From: Octopus sinensis
Taxonomy: Eukaryota
Length of the DNA: 64,000 bases
Direction: 5' to 3'
Assembly (NCBI RefSeq): GCF_006345805.1
Contig: NC_043024.1
Coordinates: forward strand, 6,014,001-6,078,000
Shown: piece by piece, positions 12,230-26,888 of the stretch
Layout: every line of letters begins with the position of its first letter
Numbering within the stretch: position 1 is the stretch's first letter
Notes under the pieces: generated by a model
Told to the model about the DNA's origin: nothing
Seen by the model: the letters and a program-made list of their open reading frames with translations, nothing else
Databases searched by the model: none
Translations under genes and position numbers: made by a program

Positions 12230-12976
12230 GGCTCACTTATGCAAGTGTTCCCATCCGACTTTGTTTCCTCATAACTTAAAAAAAAATGGATATTTTTTAA
12301 TGAAATTTTCTTTACAGGCACAAGCGTGACTGTGTAGTAAGAAGCTTGCTTCCCAACCACATGATTCCGGGTTCAGTCCCACTGTGCGGCACCTTGGGCA
12401 TGTGTTTTCTACTGCTATGGCCTCTGGCCGGCCGAAGCCTTGAGAGTCGATTTGGTAGACGGAAACTGAAAGAAGCCCGTCACACACACACATACACACT
12501 TATATACGTGCGTGTGTGTACGTGTTTTTGTGTGTGTGTGTCTTTGCATTTGCATTTGTCCCCTACACTGCTTGACAACCGGCGTTGGTGTGTTTACGTT
12601 GCAGTAATTTAGTGGTTCGTCAATAAAAGACCGATCAAATAAGTACCAGACTAAAATTCTTAAAGGTTGTGCCCCAGCAGGGCCACAGGCGAAATAACTG
12701 AAACAAGCAAAAGATGAAAGATAAAAGATATACATTTCAGATGGTGTAGATTACGAATATTCTTTTGTTTGTTTCAGTCATTTGACTGCGGCCATCCTGG
12801 AGCACCGCCTTTAGTGAACACATAGACCCCAGGACTTAATCTTTTGTAAGCCTTGTACTTATTTTTATCAGTCTCTTTTGCCAAACCGCTAAGTTATGGG
12901 GATGTAAAACACCAACATCAGTTGTCAAGTGATGGAAGGAGGGCAAACACAGACACACAAACATATACATACATAC

Positions 12977-13009
<33 letters not shown>

Positions 13010-13360
13010 ACAGGCTTCTTTCAGTTTCCGTCTACCAAATCCACGGCCTGAGGCTATAGTAGAAGACACTTGCTCAAGGTGCCACACAGTGGGACTGAAC
13101 ACAGAACCCTGTGGTTGGTAAGCAAGCTACTTACCACACAGTCACTCCTGCACCTATATATCAGAATTTAATGTGGTAGAAAACGTGCATGTGTGTGCGT
13201 GTGCGCATACACACACACACACACAATTTTTTTTTTATTCTAATAAAATCTTAATCTGCACCACGTGAAAGGTATTTGTAGAAAATTTCATTTAAAAAAT
13301 ACATTTCTCAAAGTTATGAGGAAACAAAGTCGATGGGGGCACACTTGTGCAGGCATGCCT
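12230..13360. mobile_element. Long-TIR MITE-like element with two nested, oppositely oriented SINE B copies
   Basis: 12241-12316 is the reverse complement of about 13276-13350; SINE B + at 12317-12728 and - at 12761-13154. Confidence 0.7.
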
Positions 13361-13374
13361 ATATATATATATAT

Positions 13375-13565
13375 GGTGGCACGTAAAAAGCACCCACTAC
13401 ACTCACGGAGTGGTTGGCATTAGGAAGGGCATCCAGCCATAGAAACATTGCCAGATCAAGGTTGGAGCCTGGTGCAGCCTTCTGGCTTCCCAGAACCCCC
13501 GTCGAACCGTCCAACCCATGCTAGCATGGAGAACAGACGTTAAACGATGATGATGATGATGATGA
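13375..13565 (+). mobile_element. SINE family C (RTE-type tail ending in (GAT)n)
   Basis: ggttggc.ttaggaagggcatccagc..ccatgctagcatgga..gttaaacgatgatgat; recurs near 17040, 17865, 23225, 24300, 37320, 43385, 55430, 58140. Confidence 0.8.
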
Positions 13566-13584
13566 TAGTTATGTAATGTAAATA

Positions 13585-13662
<78 letters not shown>

Positions 13663-14528
13663 GAGAGAGAGAGAGAGAGAGATACACACACACATATATG
13701 TATACATATGTATATATAAATACACAGATATATATATATATATGTGTGTGTATGTATATATACACATCCACCCACACACACATTTATATACATACATACA
13801 TACATACATACATACACGCATGCATGCATGCATACATACATACATACATACATACATACATACATACATACATACATACATGCATGCATGCATTCATGCA
13901 TACCATATATACATACATAACTATATTAACCATATAATTGGGCGGCAAGCCTGCTGCTATTTCTAGCAAATCCAGAGCACCCATGTGGGCTCTTTCCCAC
14001 TTTTAGCTGTTGTTGCTTACCCCAGTTTTACTAATGGTTATTAAAGATTCCCTTTTACTTCAAGATGGAAGTTCTAATTGATGACTAATTTTGTATTTCT
14101 GAAAGGGAAGGGAGCTACGAGAGCAGAAAAGGGAATTCATTCAAATTGCCGTCTTTGGTAAAGTTAGGATAGCTTCCAACTTTTCTCAAAAGCTGTTTTA
14201 CTATTAAGGGTGGTTTTGGGTGGTCGAGGAGCAGATTTGCATTTGAAAAATATGGGCAATATGTGGGAAGTAGCTTGCTTATGAACCTCATGGTTTCGGG
14301 TTCAGTCCCACTGTGTGGCACCTTGGGCAAGTGTCTTCTACTATAGTGTTGGGCTGACCAAAGCCTTGTGAGGGGATTTGGTAGATGGAAACTGAAAGAA
14401 GCCCATCGTATATATATGTATATGTATATATATATGTATGATGTGTGTGTATCTATGTTTGTCCCCACAACATCGCTTGACAACCGATGTTGGCGTGTTC
14501 ATGTCCCTGTAACTTAGCGGTTTGGCAA

Positions 14529-14653
14529 GGGGCCTCGTGGAGCTTTTAGAGGTTTTCGCTCAATAAACACACACAACGCCCGGTCTGGGAATTGAAACCG
14601 CGATCCTCCAACCGCAAGGCCGCTGCCCTAACCATTGGGCCATTGCGATTCCA
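14529..14653 (-). mobile_element. tRNA-derived SINE head, separate family
   Basis: Minus strand tggcccaatggttagggcagcgg..ggtttcaattcccagacc with A/B-box-like motifs. Confidence 0.55.
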
Positions 14654-15506
14654 CTGCTGGTGCTGGTAGGGATGCCAGGAGTATCAGCTATAGTGGTGGT
14701 GCTGTGGTGGTGGCTGTGGTGGTAGTGATAGTGGGGGCAGCGGTTGTGGTGGTGGTGGTTGTAGTGGTAGTAGTAGTAGTGGTAGTGGTGATTGTTGTGG
14801 TGGTGGTGATGGGTAGTGGCAGTGGATGTTGCTGTGTTGGTGGTGGTTGTGATGGTGGTGGTGGTTGTAGTAGTAGTGGTGGTTGTGGTGATACTTGTGA
14901 TGGTGGTGGCAGTACAATGCTAAAACCAGGCAATGTTTGAATTAATTCTACCACCCAGGGGCTGCAACACCAACTCAACTCAAAAACAAACACTACATCA
15001 TCATCCTCCTCCTCCTCCTCCTCCTCATCATCATCATCATCATCATCAACCACATCAATCCCACATGCAGTAGAGTGCCTCAAAGGTCACGGACAGACAG
15101 ACAGACACTGTTCTCTCATGGCAAATATTTTACAACAAATAAAAAAAAAACAATAACAAACCAAAACAAACGAAGGTAAAGAGGATCCAGAGAGGGGAGG
15201 GGAGGGGTGGGGATTAAAATAAATACCAGTTCATTTATAAATATCTTAAAATCAATTAAATCTATTATAGTCATCCCTTGTAATTAGCAAAAAAAAAAAA
15301 ACAGCAAAAATAAACAAGAAGGAAAATAAAATGTAATATAAAATACAAAAAACAAATAGAATTGGTTTTCTTCTTTGTCAAAGAAATTCTTTGGGTTTCA
15401 TTTTTGTTATTTCTGGTTTTTGTTTTGGATTTTGGTAAAAAAAAACCTTCCTGTTTTTGTCGCTTTATTTTGTTGTTGTGTGTGTGTGTATGTGGATATG
15501 TGTTTG

Positions 15507-15537
<31 letters not shown>

Positions 15538-15584
15538 TTGGCCATCCAACTGTGTGTGTAAAAAATGTTATGCTGTTTTATATC

Positions 15585-15629
<45 letters not shown>

Positions 15630-16053
15630 AATATATATATATATATGTATTTATGTATGTGTGTGTGTGTGTGTTAATAAATTAATTATATATGTTTATG
15701 TTTTATACACACACACACATAACTACATACATGTACAGTTATATGTGTGTATGTATGTGTGTGTTTATGTGTGTGTGAAAGTATGCATCTGTATGTGTGT
15801 GTATGTGTGCATCTATGTGTATGTGCGTGTGTGTGTGTGTTTGCCTCTCTCTTTATGCCCCCCCCCCCTGCTGCGGATTAGCGAACACATGACAACCGAA
15901 GTGGATTAAGGTTAACTCAAGCCTTATCAACAGAGTCAACCTCTTGTAGCAATGTCCTAATATCATCATCATCATCATCACCCACTTAAACACCTGTATG
16001 CGGGTGTGTGCATAAAGACACATACACACACACACACATACATACATACATAC

Positions 16054-16192
<139 letters not shown>

Positions 16193-16238
16193 CACACATA
16201 CATATATACATATATGAATATATATATACACACACATA

Positions 16239-16274
<36 letters not shown>

Positions 16275-16789
16275 TGTATGTGTGTGTGTATGTATGTATA
16301 TATATATATACACACACACGTATTTGTGTGTGTGTCTGTGTATACCTTAGTGCATTTCTTCCTAGTTTTCTTCATCATGCTAAGGGAAATAACTCAAATA
16401 ATAAATAGTGGTGTTGTTGTTGGTGGTGGTGGTGGTGGTGGTGGTGTTGATAATGTTGAAAAGAAAAAGACACAGTGTGTGGAGAGAGAGAGAAAGAGAG
16501 AGAGAGTGAGTAAAACGTAGGGAAAACAGAAATTAGAGATGATAATAGTAGATGGTGGTAATGTTTGTGATGGTAGCAGTGGTAGTAGTGGCAGTGGTGA
16601 AGTTTATACTGGAACTGCAGAGAGTAGGAGGGAAAAGAGAGAAAGATAAAGCCAGCTCAGAGTGATGGGAGATGGACTGAGAGAGAGAGGGTGAGGGTGA
16701 GAGAGAGAGAGAAAGGGAGAGAAGGTGAGAGAGAGAGGGAGAGAGGGTGAGAGAGAGAGAAAGAGAGATAGATAGAGAGAGAGAGAGAT

Positions 16790-16825
<36 letters not shown>

Positions 16826-17006
16826 GAGTGAGTGTAAGAAATGAAAGGCTGAGTAAGTGGGAGAGAATGTAAACATACAAAGAGAAAGAGCAAAAAGGTG
16901 AGAGGGCGAAAATGTTGTGAGATGGAAGGGAGTAGGAAGAATATGTAATACATTTTGTGACATCACTAAGTCTTTTGCTCTCTCTTTCTCTCATTCACAC
17001 CACTTG

Positions 17007-17038
<32 letters not shown>

Positions 17039-17196
17039 GGATCATCGTCATCATTTAGCATCCTCTTTCCAAGCTGGTATGAGTTGGATGCTTTGACATG
17101 AAGGTAGCTAGCAGGGAGCAGGACAGACTCCAGTTGCCTGTTGTGGCCATGGTTTTTATGGCTGGATGCCCTTCCTAACGCCAACCACTCTACAGA

Positions 17197-17445
17197 GTGA
17201 AAGGTAGGAGAGTCCAGTTTGCTGGACATTGTTGTAGAGCTGAAAAAGAAGTAATTTCTACTCTTCTCCTCTGGAAGCCATCTACTCGCAATACCAGAGG
17301 GCGCACACTCTCCTACCCTGATGTAATCTCCAGGGATACAGGCATCCAGCAACAGGACCTCTGTAATGCCATGATGGACCGTGAAGTCTGGCATAGCATG
17401 GTAAGTTCCATTGTCTCGACCACCGTCGAACAATGATGATGATGA
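17197..17445 (+). mobile_element. LINE (RTE-like) ORF2 C-terminus with (GAT)n tail
   Basis: RRVQFAGHCCRAEKEVISTLLLWKP..RGRTLSYPDVISRDTG..NAMMDREVW then tgatgatgat. Confidence 0.65.
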
Positions 17446-19936
17446 TGTGCTGGGTGCTTTTTACATGATACCGGCATGGGTGCATTTATGTACCACCAGC
17501 ATGGGTGCTTTTTAAGTGGTGCCAACAGGTAAAGGACAAGGCTTTATATGTGGAAGAATATGATCAAGTCCAGCAAATGGCCACATCGTCCATTCCTTTG
17601 TCATTTCCTCAGAGAGGCCCAGTCTATATCTTTTTCTCTTTTACTTGTTTCAGTCATTTGACTGTGGCCATACTGGAACACTGCCTTTAGTTGAGCAAAT
17701 CGACCCCAGGACTTATTCTTTGTAAGCTTAGTACTTATTCTATCAGTCTCTTTTGCCGAACCGCTAAGTTACGGGGATGTAAACACACCAGCATCGGTTG
17801 TCAAGCGATGTTGGGGAGACAAACACAGACACACAAACACATACACATATATATATCATCATCATCATCATCATCATTTAACGTCCGTTTTCCATGCTAG
17901 CATGGGTTGGACAGTTCTACTGGGGTCTGGTAAGCCATGGAGGCTGCACCAGGCTCCAGTCTGATTTGGCAGTGTTTCTACAGCTGGATGCCCTTCCTAA
18001 CGCCAACCACTCCATACGTGTAGTGGGTATTTTTTTACGTGCCACTGGCACAGGGGCCAGATGAGGCTGGCAAACAGCCATGATCGATTGGTGCTTTTAT
18101 GTGTCACTGACATGGACACCAGTCAGGCGACGCTGGCATCTGCCACGTTCGGATGGTGTGTTTTACGTGTCACCAGCATGGGTGTCTTAACTACAATTTA
18201 TATATATATATGCATATATACAACGAGCTTCTTTCAGTTTCCGTCTACCAAATCCACTTACAAGGCTTTGGTAGGTCCGAGGCTATAGTAGAAGATACTT
18301 GCCCAAGGTGCCGCGCAGTGGGACTGAACCCGGAACCATGTGATTGGTAAGCAAACTACTTACCACACAAGTGTTAAAATAATGGTTAGCTGAAAGTGCA
18401 CCACATAATTATTTCTAGTTAACTTTTTAATACTCTCCTCGTTAAATATATTAACTTAAAAATACTAATTTGTTACAATGAGACCATGATACAATTATGT
18501 AAGGCAAGTATACAGGGATTTCATTAACCCAAGTATATAACTGGTGGAGCGGAGACCCCTTCGGTCATGACTGACCTTGGGATTGCACCGAGAAAGTTCC
18601 TCTCTGAGGCACAAGTCTGGGCAAGGTTGTTTATGGAAGACCAGTAGTCGCCCATGCATACCGGCCTCCCCTCAGTGTTATCCAAGGGAAAGGCAAAGGG
18701 GCCGATACAACTTGGCACCAATGACATCACAACTCATTTCTACAGCTGAGTGAACTGGAGCAAGGTGAAATAAAGTGCCTTGCTCAAGAACACAACACGC
18801 AGCCTGGTCAGGGAATCGAACTTGCTACCTCACGATCGTAAGCTTGACGCTCTAACTACTGAGCCATGTGCCTTCACATATATATAACTGGTACTTAGCT
18901 TTTTTGATGCCACATCATTTATAAAGAAAATAAAAGAGGTTCTAGAATGGAACCTTGAGAAATACCAATGGAGAGAAGCAGGTAACATTTTAACTCTTGT
19001 ATGCAGAAAACTGCTCTTAATTAGGGAAGTAGCTGTGGAATGTAAGATGTGTTTAATTATATCTTACACACTAATGATGTAATTTAGAAAACAGAATATC
19101 CTATTTCAGGGTAATGTAAATGTCTGAAAGAACTAAGATTCGAAGTAAGGGAGGGAAAGAAAGAGAGTCTACAATGAAATAAAAGAGAGGGTGAAGTTTC
19201 CCTTTAAGAGGAGAGAACCACTCAGGGTGCCTACTTTTTATTATTATTATTATTATTATTATGGGAGGTCTTTAAGGCAGTGAGCAGGCAGAATTGTCAG
19301 CACACAGGGCAAAATGCTTAGCAGTATTTCACCCATTGCTAAGTTCTCAGTTCAAATTCCACCAAGGTCAACTTTTCCTTTCATCCTTTCAGGGTCAATA
19401 AATTAAGTACCAGTTGGATACTGGGGTTGATGTAATTGACCAGCCCCCTTCACCCAAATTTCAGGCCTTGTGCCTATCATAGAAAAAATTATTGTTAAGG
19501 AGAAAGGGGCTCTCTACTCCCCTTTTGACCAGGATCCCGTGGCTTTTATGGGTTTTTCCACCAGGAACCTTTCGTAATGCCTCCACCTACTGGGAGTTTT
19601 TCGTTGCTTTAATTTTTCGTTGTTACACTGTTTTTACACGGTTTTTTACAAACGGACAAAACCCTTTGTAACCTTTCATCCTTTTTTTTTTGTCCCTTTA
19701 TGTTATAATTAATTTTTGTCAGCCCTTGTGGCCAATAAAAAAATTTATTATTATTATTATTATCATGAGAGGTCTTTTTCTAATGAGTGACAGAGTATAT
19801 GAAATGATATTTCCCTGACATCCAGTTTTCTTTTTCTCAATTTTAAGGGTCCCAATAGTTGGAGACAACATTATTTGACCCTTCTTATGAGCTCCTTAAT
19901 ACAACACAACTTGGGATCACAAAGTTGATTGGTTAA

Positions 19937-20158
19937 CCCTTTCGTTACCAACCCGGCTGAAACCGCCTCTGGCTCTGTAGTACAAATGTCTTGTTTTCAA
20001 AAGTTATGAATTAAAATCTTCCACCAAACTTTAGTCACAATTTATGTTCCCAACACCAGCTTAACGATAGCTAAGTTATTTTACTAAATTCTTAGTTATA
20101 TTTAAAATTAATTGAAAGAAACACAGAACATCTCAACAGAAATATGGTAATGAATGGG
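19937..20158. mobile_element. piggyBac-type MITE
   Basis: TTAA on both sides, CCCT...GGG termini; same family at 50099, 50342, 52447. Confidence 0.8.
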
Positions 20159-21084
20159 TTAAACAGAATAAGGTTTCAAACCCCTCATCAATTCATAATA
20201 CTGTGAGGCTTTCAACCTCTTATCCATATTCCTCCCCAGCATCGCTTGTGACCATATACTCCGCCATCACCCATGCCTCATTCAAGCACAAAGCGGGTGA
20301 CGTGTCGGCGTCGCCTGGCCACAAGCGATATTCCTCACTCTTAACAGTTTACAAAAGTTGTGAAGAGACAGAAGCCAGGAAATGAAAGCCACAGAGTCAT
20401 TTACAATGAAAATAAAAGATAAAAGGGTGGAAAATAGTGAAATAAGTTGATAGTTCCAAAAGAAAAAAAACAAGAAAAACAGGATTTTTTAAGAGGTCAG
20501 GAAAAAAGATCCACGAGTTTACAAGGACAGGTTAATCAACAAACAAAAGGGTTTATGAATCTCAAGGACTGAGAAATACAAACAGAGGTGTTAATATAAC
20601 TGGAACACAGCTTCGGCTTGAAATCGGTCAGTTTTCATTAAGAAAATACAAATATACTCTAATAAGAGAGAAAACTATTTCAAATATTCTAAATGTTCTG
20701 GGAACTAGAACTGGACAGGAATTAGTTGAAGGTGCAAAACAATTATTCTGGTTTTTATTTTTATTATTTTTCGTTATTTATTGACTTATTTATTTACTTG
20801 GTATAAAATAACTGGAATAACAAGATTTTTAATAGGTCATACAGCAAGTTTGGGAGAATTGATTGATTTAGAAGACAAACTGTTTACAACTGAATACCAA
20901 TCTGCATCTAATATTATTATTATTATTATTATATTATTATTATTATTATTATCATTATCATCACCATCATCATCATCACCACCATCATCATCATCATCAC
21001 TATCATCATCATCATCATCATCATCATATCATCATCATCATCATCGTCGTCGTTGTTGTTGTTGTTGTTGTTATTATTATTGTC

Positions 21085-21407
21085 TTTGCACAGCTTCTAA
21101 TGCTGGAGGTGTACTACAGTGCCAGCTGTTTACTATTCAAGCGGTTCCAAGCAGTGCTTGTTTTCTGCAAGTGCTCCACCCTTATTGCAGCCCCTATTTG
21201 TTCCATGTACTTCTCAAGAATTTTGCTCACTGTTCCCAGGGCTCCAACAATTATTGGTACTACTGCCACCATTTTCAGTGACCACAACTACTTAACCTCC
21301 CAAGCTAACCTGTTATATCTTTCGACTTTTCTTTCTTCCTTAAGGCATACCTTGTTGTCAGCTGGGCATGCTATATCTATCATCCAGCATAGTTCGCTTT
21401 CTACTGT
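21085..21407 (-). mobile_element. R4/Dong-like non-LTR fragment (restriction-like endonuclease C-terminus)
   Basis: Minus frame CWMIDIACPADNKV..VVPIIVGALGTVSKILEKYMEQIG..HLQKT, with a stop and frameshift. Confidence 0.75.
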
Positions 21408-21449
21408 TATTATTATTATCCTTTTCTATTGTTGTTGTTGTTGTTGTTG

Positions 21450-21487
<38 letters not shown>

Positions 21488-21510
21488 TTCATCATTATTA
21501 TTATTATTAA

Positions 21511-21900
21511 GGCACAGGAGTGGCTGTGTGGTAAGTAGCTTGCTTCCCAACCACATGGTTCTGGGTTCATTCCCACTGTGTGGCACTTGGGCAAGTGTCT
21601 TCTACTATAGCTTCGGGCCGACCAAAGCCTTGTGAGTGGATTTGGTAGATGGAAACTGAAAGAAGCCCGTCGTATATATATATATATATATGCATGTGTG
21701 TGTTTGTGTGTCTGTGTTTGTCCCCCCAAAATTGCTTGACAACCGATGCTGGTGTGTTTATGTCCCCGTCACTTAGCAGTTTGGCAAGAGAGACTGATAG
21801 AATAAGTACTAAGCTTACAAAGCATAAGTCCTGGGGTCGATTTGCTCGACTAAAGGTGGTGCACCAGCATGGCCACAGTCAAATGACTGAAACACATAAA
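21511..21900 (+). mobile_element. SINE family B copy
   Basis: Homologous to 1556-1972. Confidence 0.85.
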
Positions 21901-21906
21901 AAAAAA

Positions 21907-22790
21907 GGTGGTGAGCTGGCAGAGTCAGTAGCACGCTGGGCAAAATGCTTACCAACATTTTGTCTGTCTGAACAATCCGAGTTCAAATTCTGTCAAGGTC
22001 AACTTTGCCTTTCATTCTTTCTGGGTCGATAAGTTAAGTACCAGTGAAATACTGGGGTCAATGCAATCAACTAGTCCCCTTCCCCCAAAACTTTCAGGTT
22101 TGTGCCTATAGTAGAAAGGATTATTGTTATTATTAAAGCCAACAAGGTGGCAGAATCGTTAGCATGGTGGGCAAAATGCTTTGTGGTACTTTGTCCGTCC
22201 TTACATTCTGAGTTCAAATCCTGCTAATCAGGATTGATGAAACAAGTACCAGTGTTACACTGGGGTCGATGCAATCGACTATTCTCCTACCCCCAAATTT
22301 CAGGCCTTGTGCCTATAGTAGAAATGATTATTATTATTATTATTATTATTATCTTTATTATTAAGGTGGTGAGCTGGCAGAGTCAGTAGCACACTGAACG
22401 AAATGCTTAATGGCATTTTGTCTGTCGCCACTTTCTGAGTTCAAATTCCATTGAGGTTGACTTTGCCTTTCATCCTTTCAGGGTCGATAAATTAAGTACC
22501 AGTTGAGTACTGGAGTAGATGTAATCGACAACCCCTCCCCACAATTTCAGGCCTTGTGCCTGTAGTAGAAACAATCATCATCATCATTATTCTTAAGGCA
22601 TTGAGACGTCAGAATCATTATGACGCCAAGCAAAATGCTTGGCGGCATTTGTCCACTTTTACATTTTGAGTTCAAATTCCACCAAGGTCAACTTTGCTTT
22701 TCATCTTTTTGGGGTCAGTAAAATAAGTACCAATTGAACACTGGGGTCGATGTAATCAACTAGTGCCCTCCCCGAAATTTCGTAGAAAGA
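21907..22790 (+). mobile_element. Four tandem SINE A-related copies
   Basis: Heads at about 21907, 22140, 22365, 22590, separated by (ATT)n/(ATC)n. Confidence 0.8.
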
Positions 22791-22805
22791 GTTATTATTA
22801 TTATT

Positions 22806-23030
22806 TCACATATACACAGCAGATTAGACTGTTGGAAAAGAAAAAATCCTAAGATCGGGCTACAACAAATACCTTAGATCCCAAAAGCCCTCCTAAGTAT
22901 TCTAACTGACCCTTATAACACTGTTTTCTGGAGATGTACTAAATTGAGTTTTATGCCTATTTCCTCTATCCATCTGTTCAAATTTTTAGGGATAGTTCCC
23001 AATGCCCCTATAACTACAGGGATACCATGA
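22806..23030 (-). mobile_element. R4/Dong-like LINE 3' end
   Basis: IPVVIGALGTIPKNLNRWIEEIGIKLNLVHLQKTVL*GSVRILRR, short 3' UTR, (TAA)n tail. Confidence 0.7.
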
Positions 23031-24034
23031 TTTATACGTTTATGTGTGTGTGAATATGTTTTTATGCAGGTGTGTACATATGTATATATATGTGTATGTG
23101 TGTGTGCATCTATGTAGAGTACAGGTATGTGGTTGAGATGTCTAGGTCCAAACCTCATGCCAGATGAAGCAGCAGCAACATAAGTGAACCGGGGTGGGGC
23201 ACGTGAGTTCAGTTTTAGTCACCATCCAAACGTGGCCGATGCCAGCACCGCCTTGACTGGCATTCGTGCCGGTGACACGTAAAATGCACCAACTGATCGT
23301 GGCCATTTGCCAGCCTCCTCTGGCCCCTGTGCCAGTGGCACATAAAAAGCACCCACTACACTCACAGAGTGGTTGGCGTCAGGAAGGGCATCCAGCTGTA
23401 GAAACTCTGCCAGATCAGATTGAAGCCTGGTGCAACCTCCTGGATTGCAAGTCCTCAGTCAAACCGTCCAACCCATGCTAGCATGGAAAACGGACGTTAA
23501 ACGATGATGATAATGATGATGATGTGTGGCACCTTGAGCAATAGCCCCAGGACTAATCTTTTCCACTCTAGGCACAAAGCCCGAAATTTTGGGGCAGGAG
23601 GCCAGTCGATTAGGTCGACCACAGTACACAACTGGTACTTAATTTATTGACCTGGAAAGGCTGAAAGGCAAAGGCAACCTTGGCGGGATTTGAACTCAGG
23701 ATGTAAAGACCCCAGGACAACTAATGTTATGTGAATGAATTCGGTAGAAGGAAACTGAAAGAAGCCTGGTGTGTTTATAGACTTTTACTTTTACTTACTT
23801 TTACTCATTTCAGTCATTTGACTGTGGTCATGCTGGAGCATTACCTTGAAGGACTTTTTTTTTTATAAAGTCTAGTACTTATTCTGTTGATCTCTTTTTA
23901 CTGAACTACTAAGTTATGGGGACATAGACACACTAATACCAGTTGTCAAGAGGTGATAGGGGGACAAACACTGACACACATAGATATACACACACATATA
24001 GATATATAAATAAATATATATGTATATGTATATG

Positions 24035-24091
<57 letters not shown>

Positions 24092-24122
24092 CTGTGTGTA
24101 TGTGTATATATATATATGTATG

Positions 24123-24168
<46 letters not shown>

Positions 24169-24200
24169 ATATTATGTGTGTGTGTGTGTGTGTATATATG

Positions 24201-24232
<32 letters not shown>

Positions 24233-25189
24233 TATATACATATATACACACACATACACACACACACACATATATTTATATATACATATGTATGGTACTG
24301 GTGCACACTCTGTAGAGTTGTTGGTGTCAGGAAGTGCATCCAGCCATAGAAACTATGCCAAAGCAAGCATTAGAGCTTGGCACAGTCCTCTGGCTTGTCA
24401 CTTACTGTCAAACCACCCAACCCATGCCAGCATGGAAGAGGGGCGTTAAATATTGATGATGATGATGATGACGACAATGATGATGATGGTGATGGTGATG
24501 GTGATAATGATCCATGCACTGGGATGGAACCCCGAACTACATGGTTAAGAAACGAAACATGTAGACCACACAGCTATCCCTGCACCTAATTTATAATTAA
24601 CCAATTTTGTTCCCTCCCCCTCTAGCTTACATGACCTTGGTGGAAAGACAAATTACAGGAGAACTGGTGTTTCTTTTCAGAAAATATCTTTAGTCACATA
24701 ATACTCGTTAAGTTAATTAACGACATTAGAGCACTGACTCACACAAACACAGGGACACATATACATACATACATATATACATACATGCATGCATACATAC
24801 ATACATACATACATACGTACGTATGTACGCACATTCATACATACATACCCACACATACATACATACGTACATACATACATAAATATACACATACATACAA
24901 ACATGCTCCCATACATTAATACTTACATTAATGCTTAGATACATACATACATACAACATACATACATGCCTACATACGTACATCCATTCATACATACAAA
25001 CATACATACATATGTACATTCATACATATATACATAAATACATACATACATACATACATACATACATACATACATACATAAATATGTACATTAATACTTA
25101 CATTCATGCTTAGATACACGCATCCATCCATCCATCCATTCATAAATACATACATGCATGCATGCATGTATACATACATATATAAAAAA

Positions 25190-25570
25190 AGGGAATACCA
25201 ACAAACGAAGTTGACCATATTGAGAGACGGACAGGTGAGAAGAATATTGGTGGAACTTGAAGATTAAAAGAGATACCAAGTTCAAACACAACTGGCCAGA
25301 TATCGTTGTGGGACTACAAGGAGAAAATATGTTCTGTTGTAGAATTCAGCTGCCCTCTAGACAGGAATGTGGTTAGAAAAATACAAGAGAAAGAGGACAT
25401 CTTTGGACCATTGATGAGGAGTTTGCAAATCCAGTCCCCAAGATACCCAAGATACACTTTCAGTTTCATATCCATTATTATTGGAGCAACAGGATACATA
25501 CCGACCAGTCTGGAGCAAAGTATGGCTGAACTTGGGATCTTGAGGAGAGAATGCAAATCCTTAATTCATA
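25190..25570 (+). mobile_element. RLE-type non-LTR fragment
   Basis: WWNLKIKRDTKFKHNWPDIV, frameshift, WDYKEKICSVVEFSCPLDRNVVRKIQEK..IIIGATG (PD..E motif). Confidence 0.7.
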
Positions 25571-25865
25571 TGGTGCTTTCAAAGAATAAGTCCTGGGGTC
25601 GAGTTGTTCGACTAAAGGCAGTGCTCCAGTATGGCCACAGTCAAGTAAAAGTAAAAGAAAAGGTGTTGCAGATTTTTATAAAAACTGTGGCCATGCTGGA
25701 GCACTGCCTTTAGTCGAACAAATCGACCCCAGGAATGATTCTTTGAAAGCCTAGTACTTATTCTATCGGTCTCTCTTGCCAAACTGATAAGTGACAGGAC
25801 ATAAACACACCAGCATCAGTTGTCAAGCGATGTTGGGGGGGACAAACACACACACACAAACATAT

Positions 25866-25904
<39 letters not shown>

Positions 25905-26031
25905 AATACACACATATATGCGACAGGCTATAACTTATTCTATCGGTCTCTTTTGCCGAACCGCTAGGTTACGGGGACGTAAACAGACCAACACCTGTTG
26001 TCAAGCGATGGTTGGGGAATAGGCACAAACG

Positions 26032-26111
<80 letters not shown>

Positions 26112-26835
26112 TCTGAAGTAATGGGGGTCGATTCATTCAACTAAAAATTCTTCAAGGCGGTGCCCCAGCATGGCCGCAGTCTAGTGACGGAAACAAGTAA
26201 AAAAAAAAAGTAAAAGATAACAGCTTAGGGTATTTATTCAACACGTCCACCTTGACATTGTAGAACGGAGTCACCGTCTTGGCAGTTAGTTTGTGATTAC
26301 AGAACTGTCAAAGACCGACTTTTATTTCAAAGAAAAGACAAACACTTGAAGTCATGGAGAGGCAATTAGCGAGGAACGGAGAGAGAGCAGGGAGGAAGAA
26401 AGGCAAGAGAAATGGGGGAGACGGTGAGAGAAAGGAAGGGAGGAAGAGAATGGAAGAGTGAGAGAGGGAAAGAGATAGAGTTAAGGGAAGAAAGGAAAGT
26501 GGGAAGAAAGAAAGGAAGACGAAGAGGGAGAGACGGATGGCATTATACCAGCATTACTTAAACATTTTTTCTTCTTTACGCGTGAACTCCTTTGATTTCT
26601 GTCTTACACGGATGATCCCTCATAAAGCATCCTGTTATATTTTTATGATTAAATATTATTAGGAATTGTATAGAAAAAATTGGTAAAATATTAAGTGTAT
26701 AGTAGAAATATAAGTAATTTTTATTGAAGATAAATTGTAACAACAAAATCTTATATGGAGTTCCGACGGTCAGATGAACCCAAGCGGTGAATCATTGGAT
26801 TATAGGAAGGGAAGAAAGAAGTGTGTGAATGAATG

Positions 26836-26888
<53 letters not shown>

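Noticed and set aside
20170-20200. Minus-strand TTGATGA-GGGGTTT-GAAAC
   Set aside because: No stem II and C3 missing
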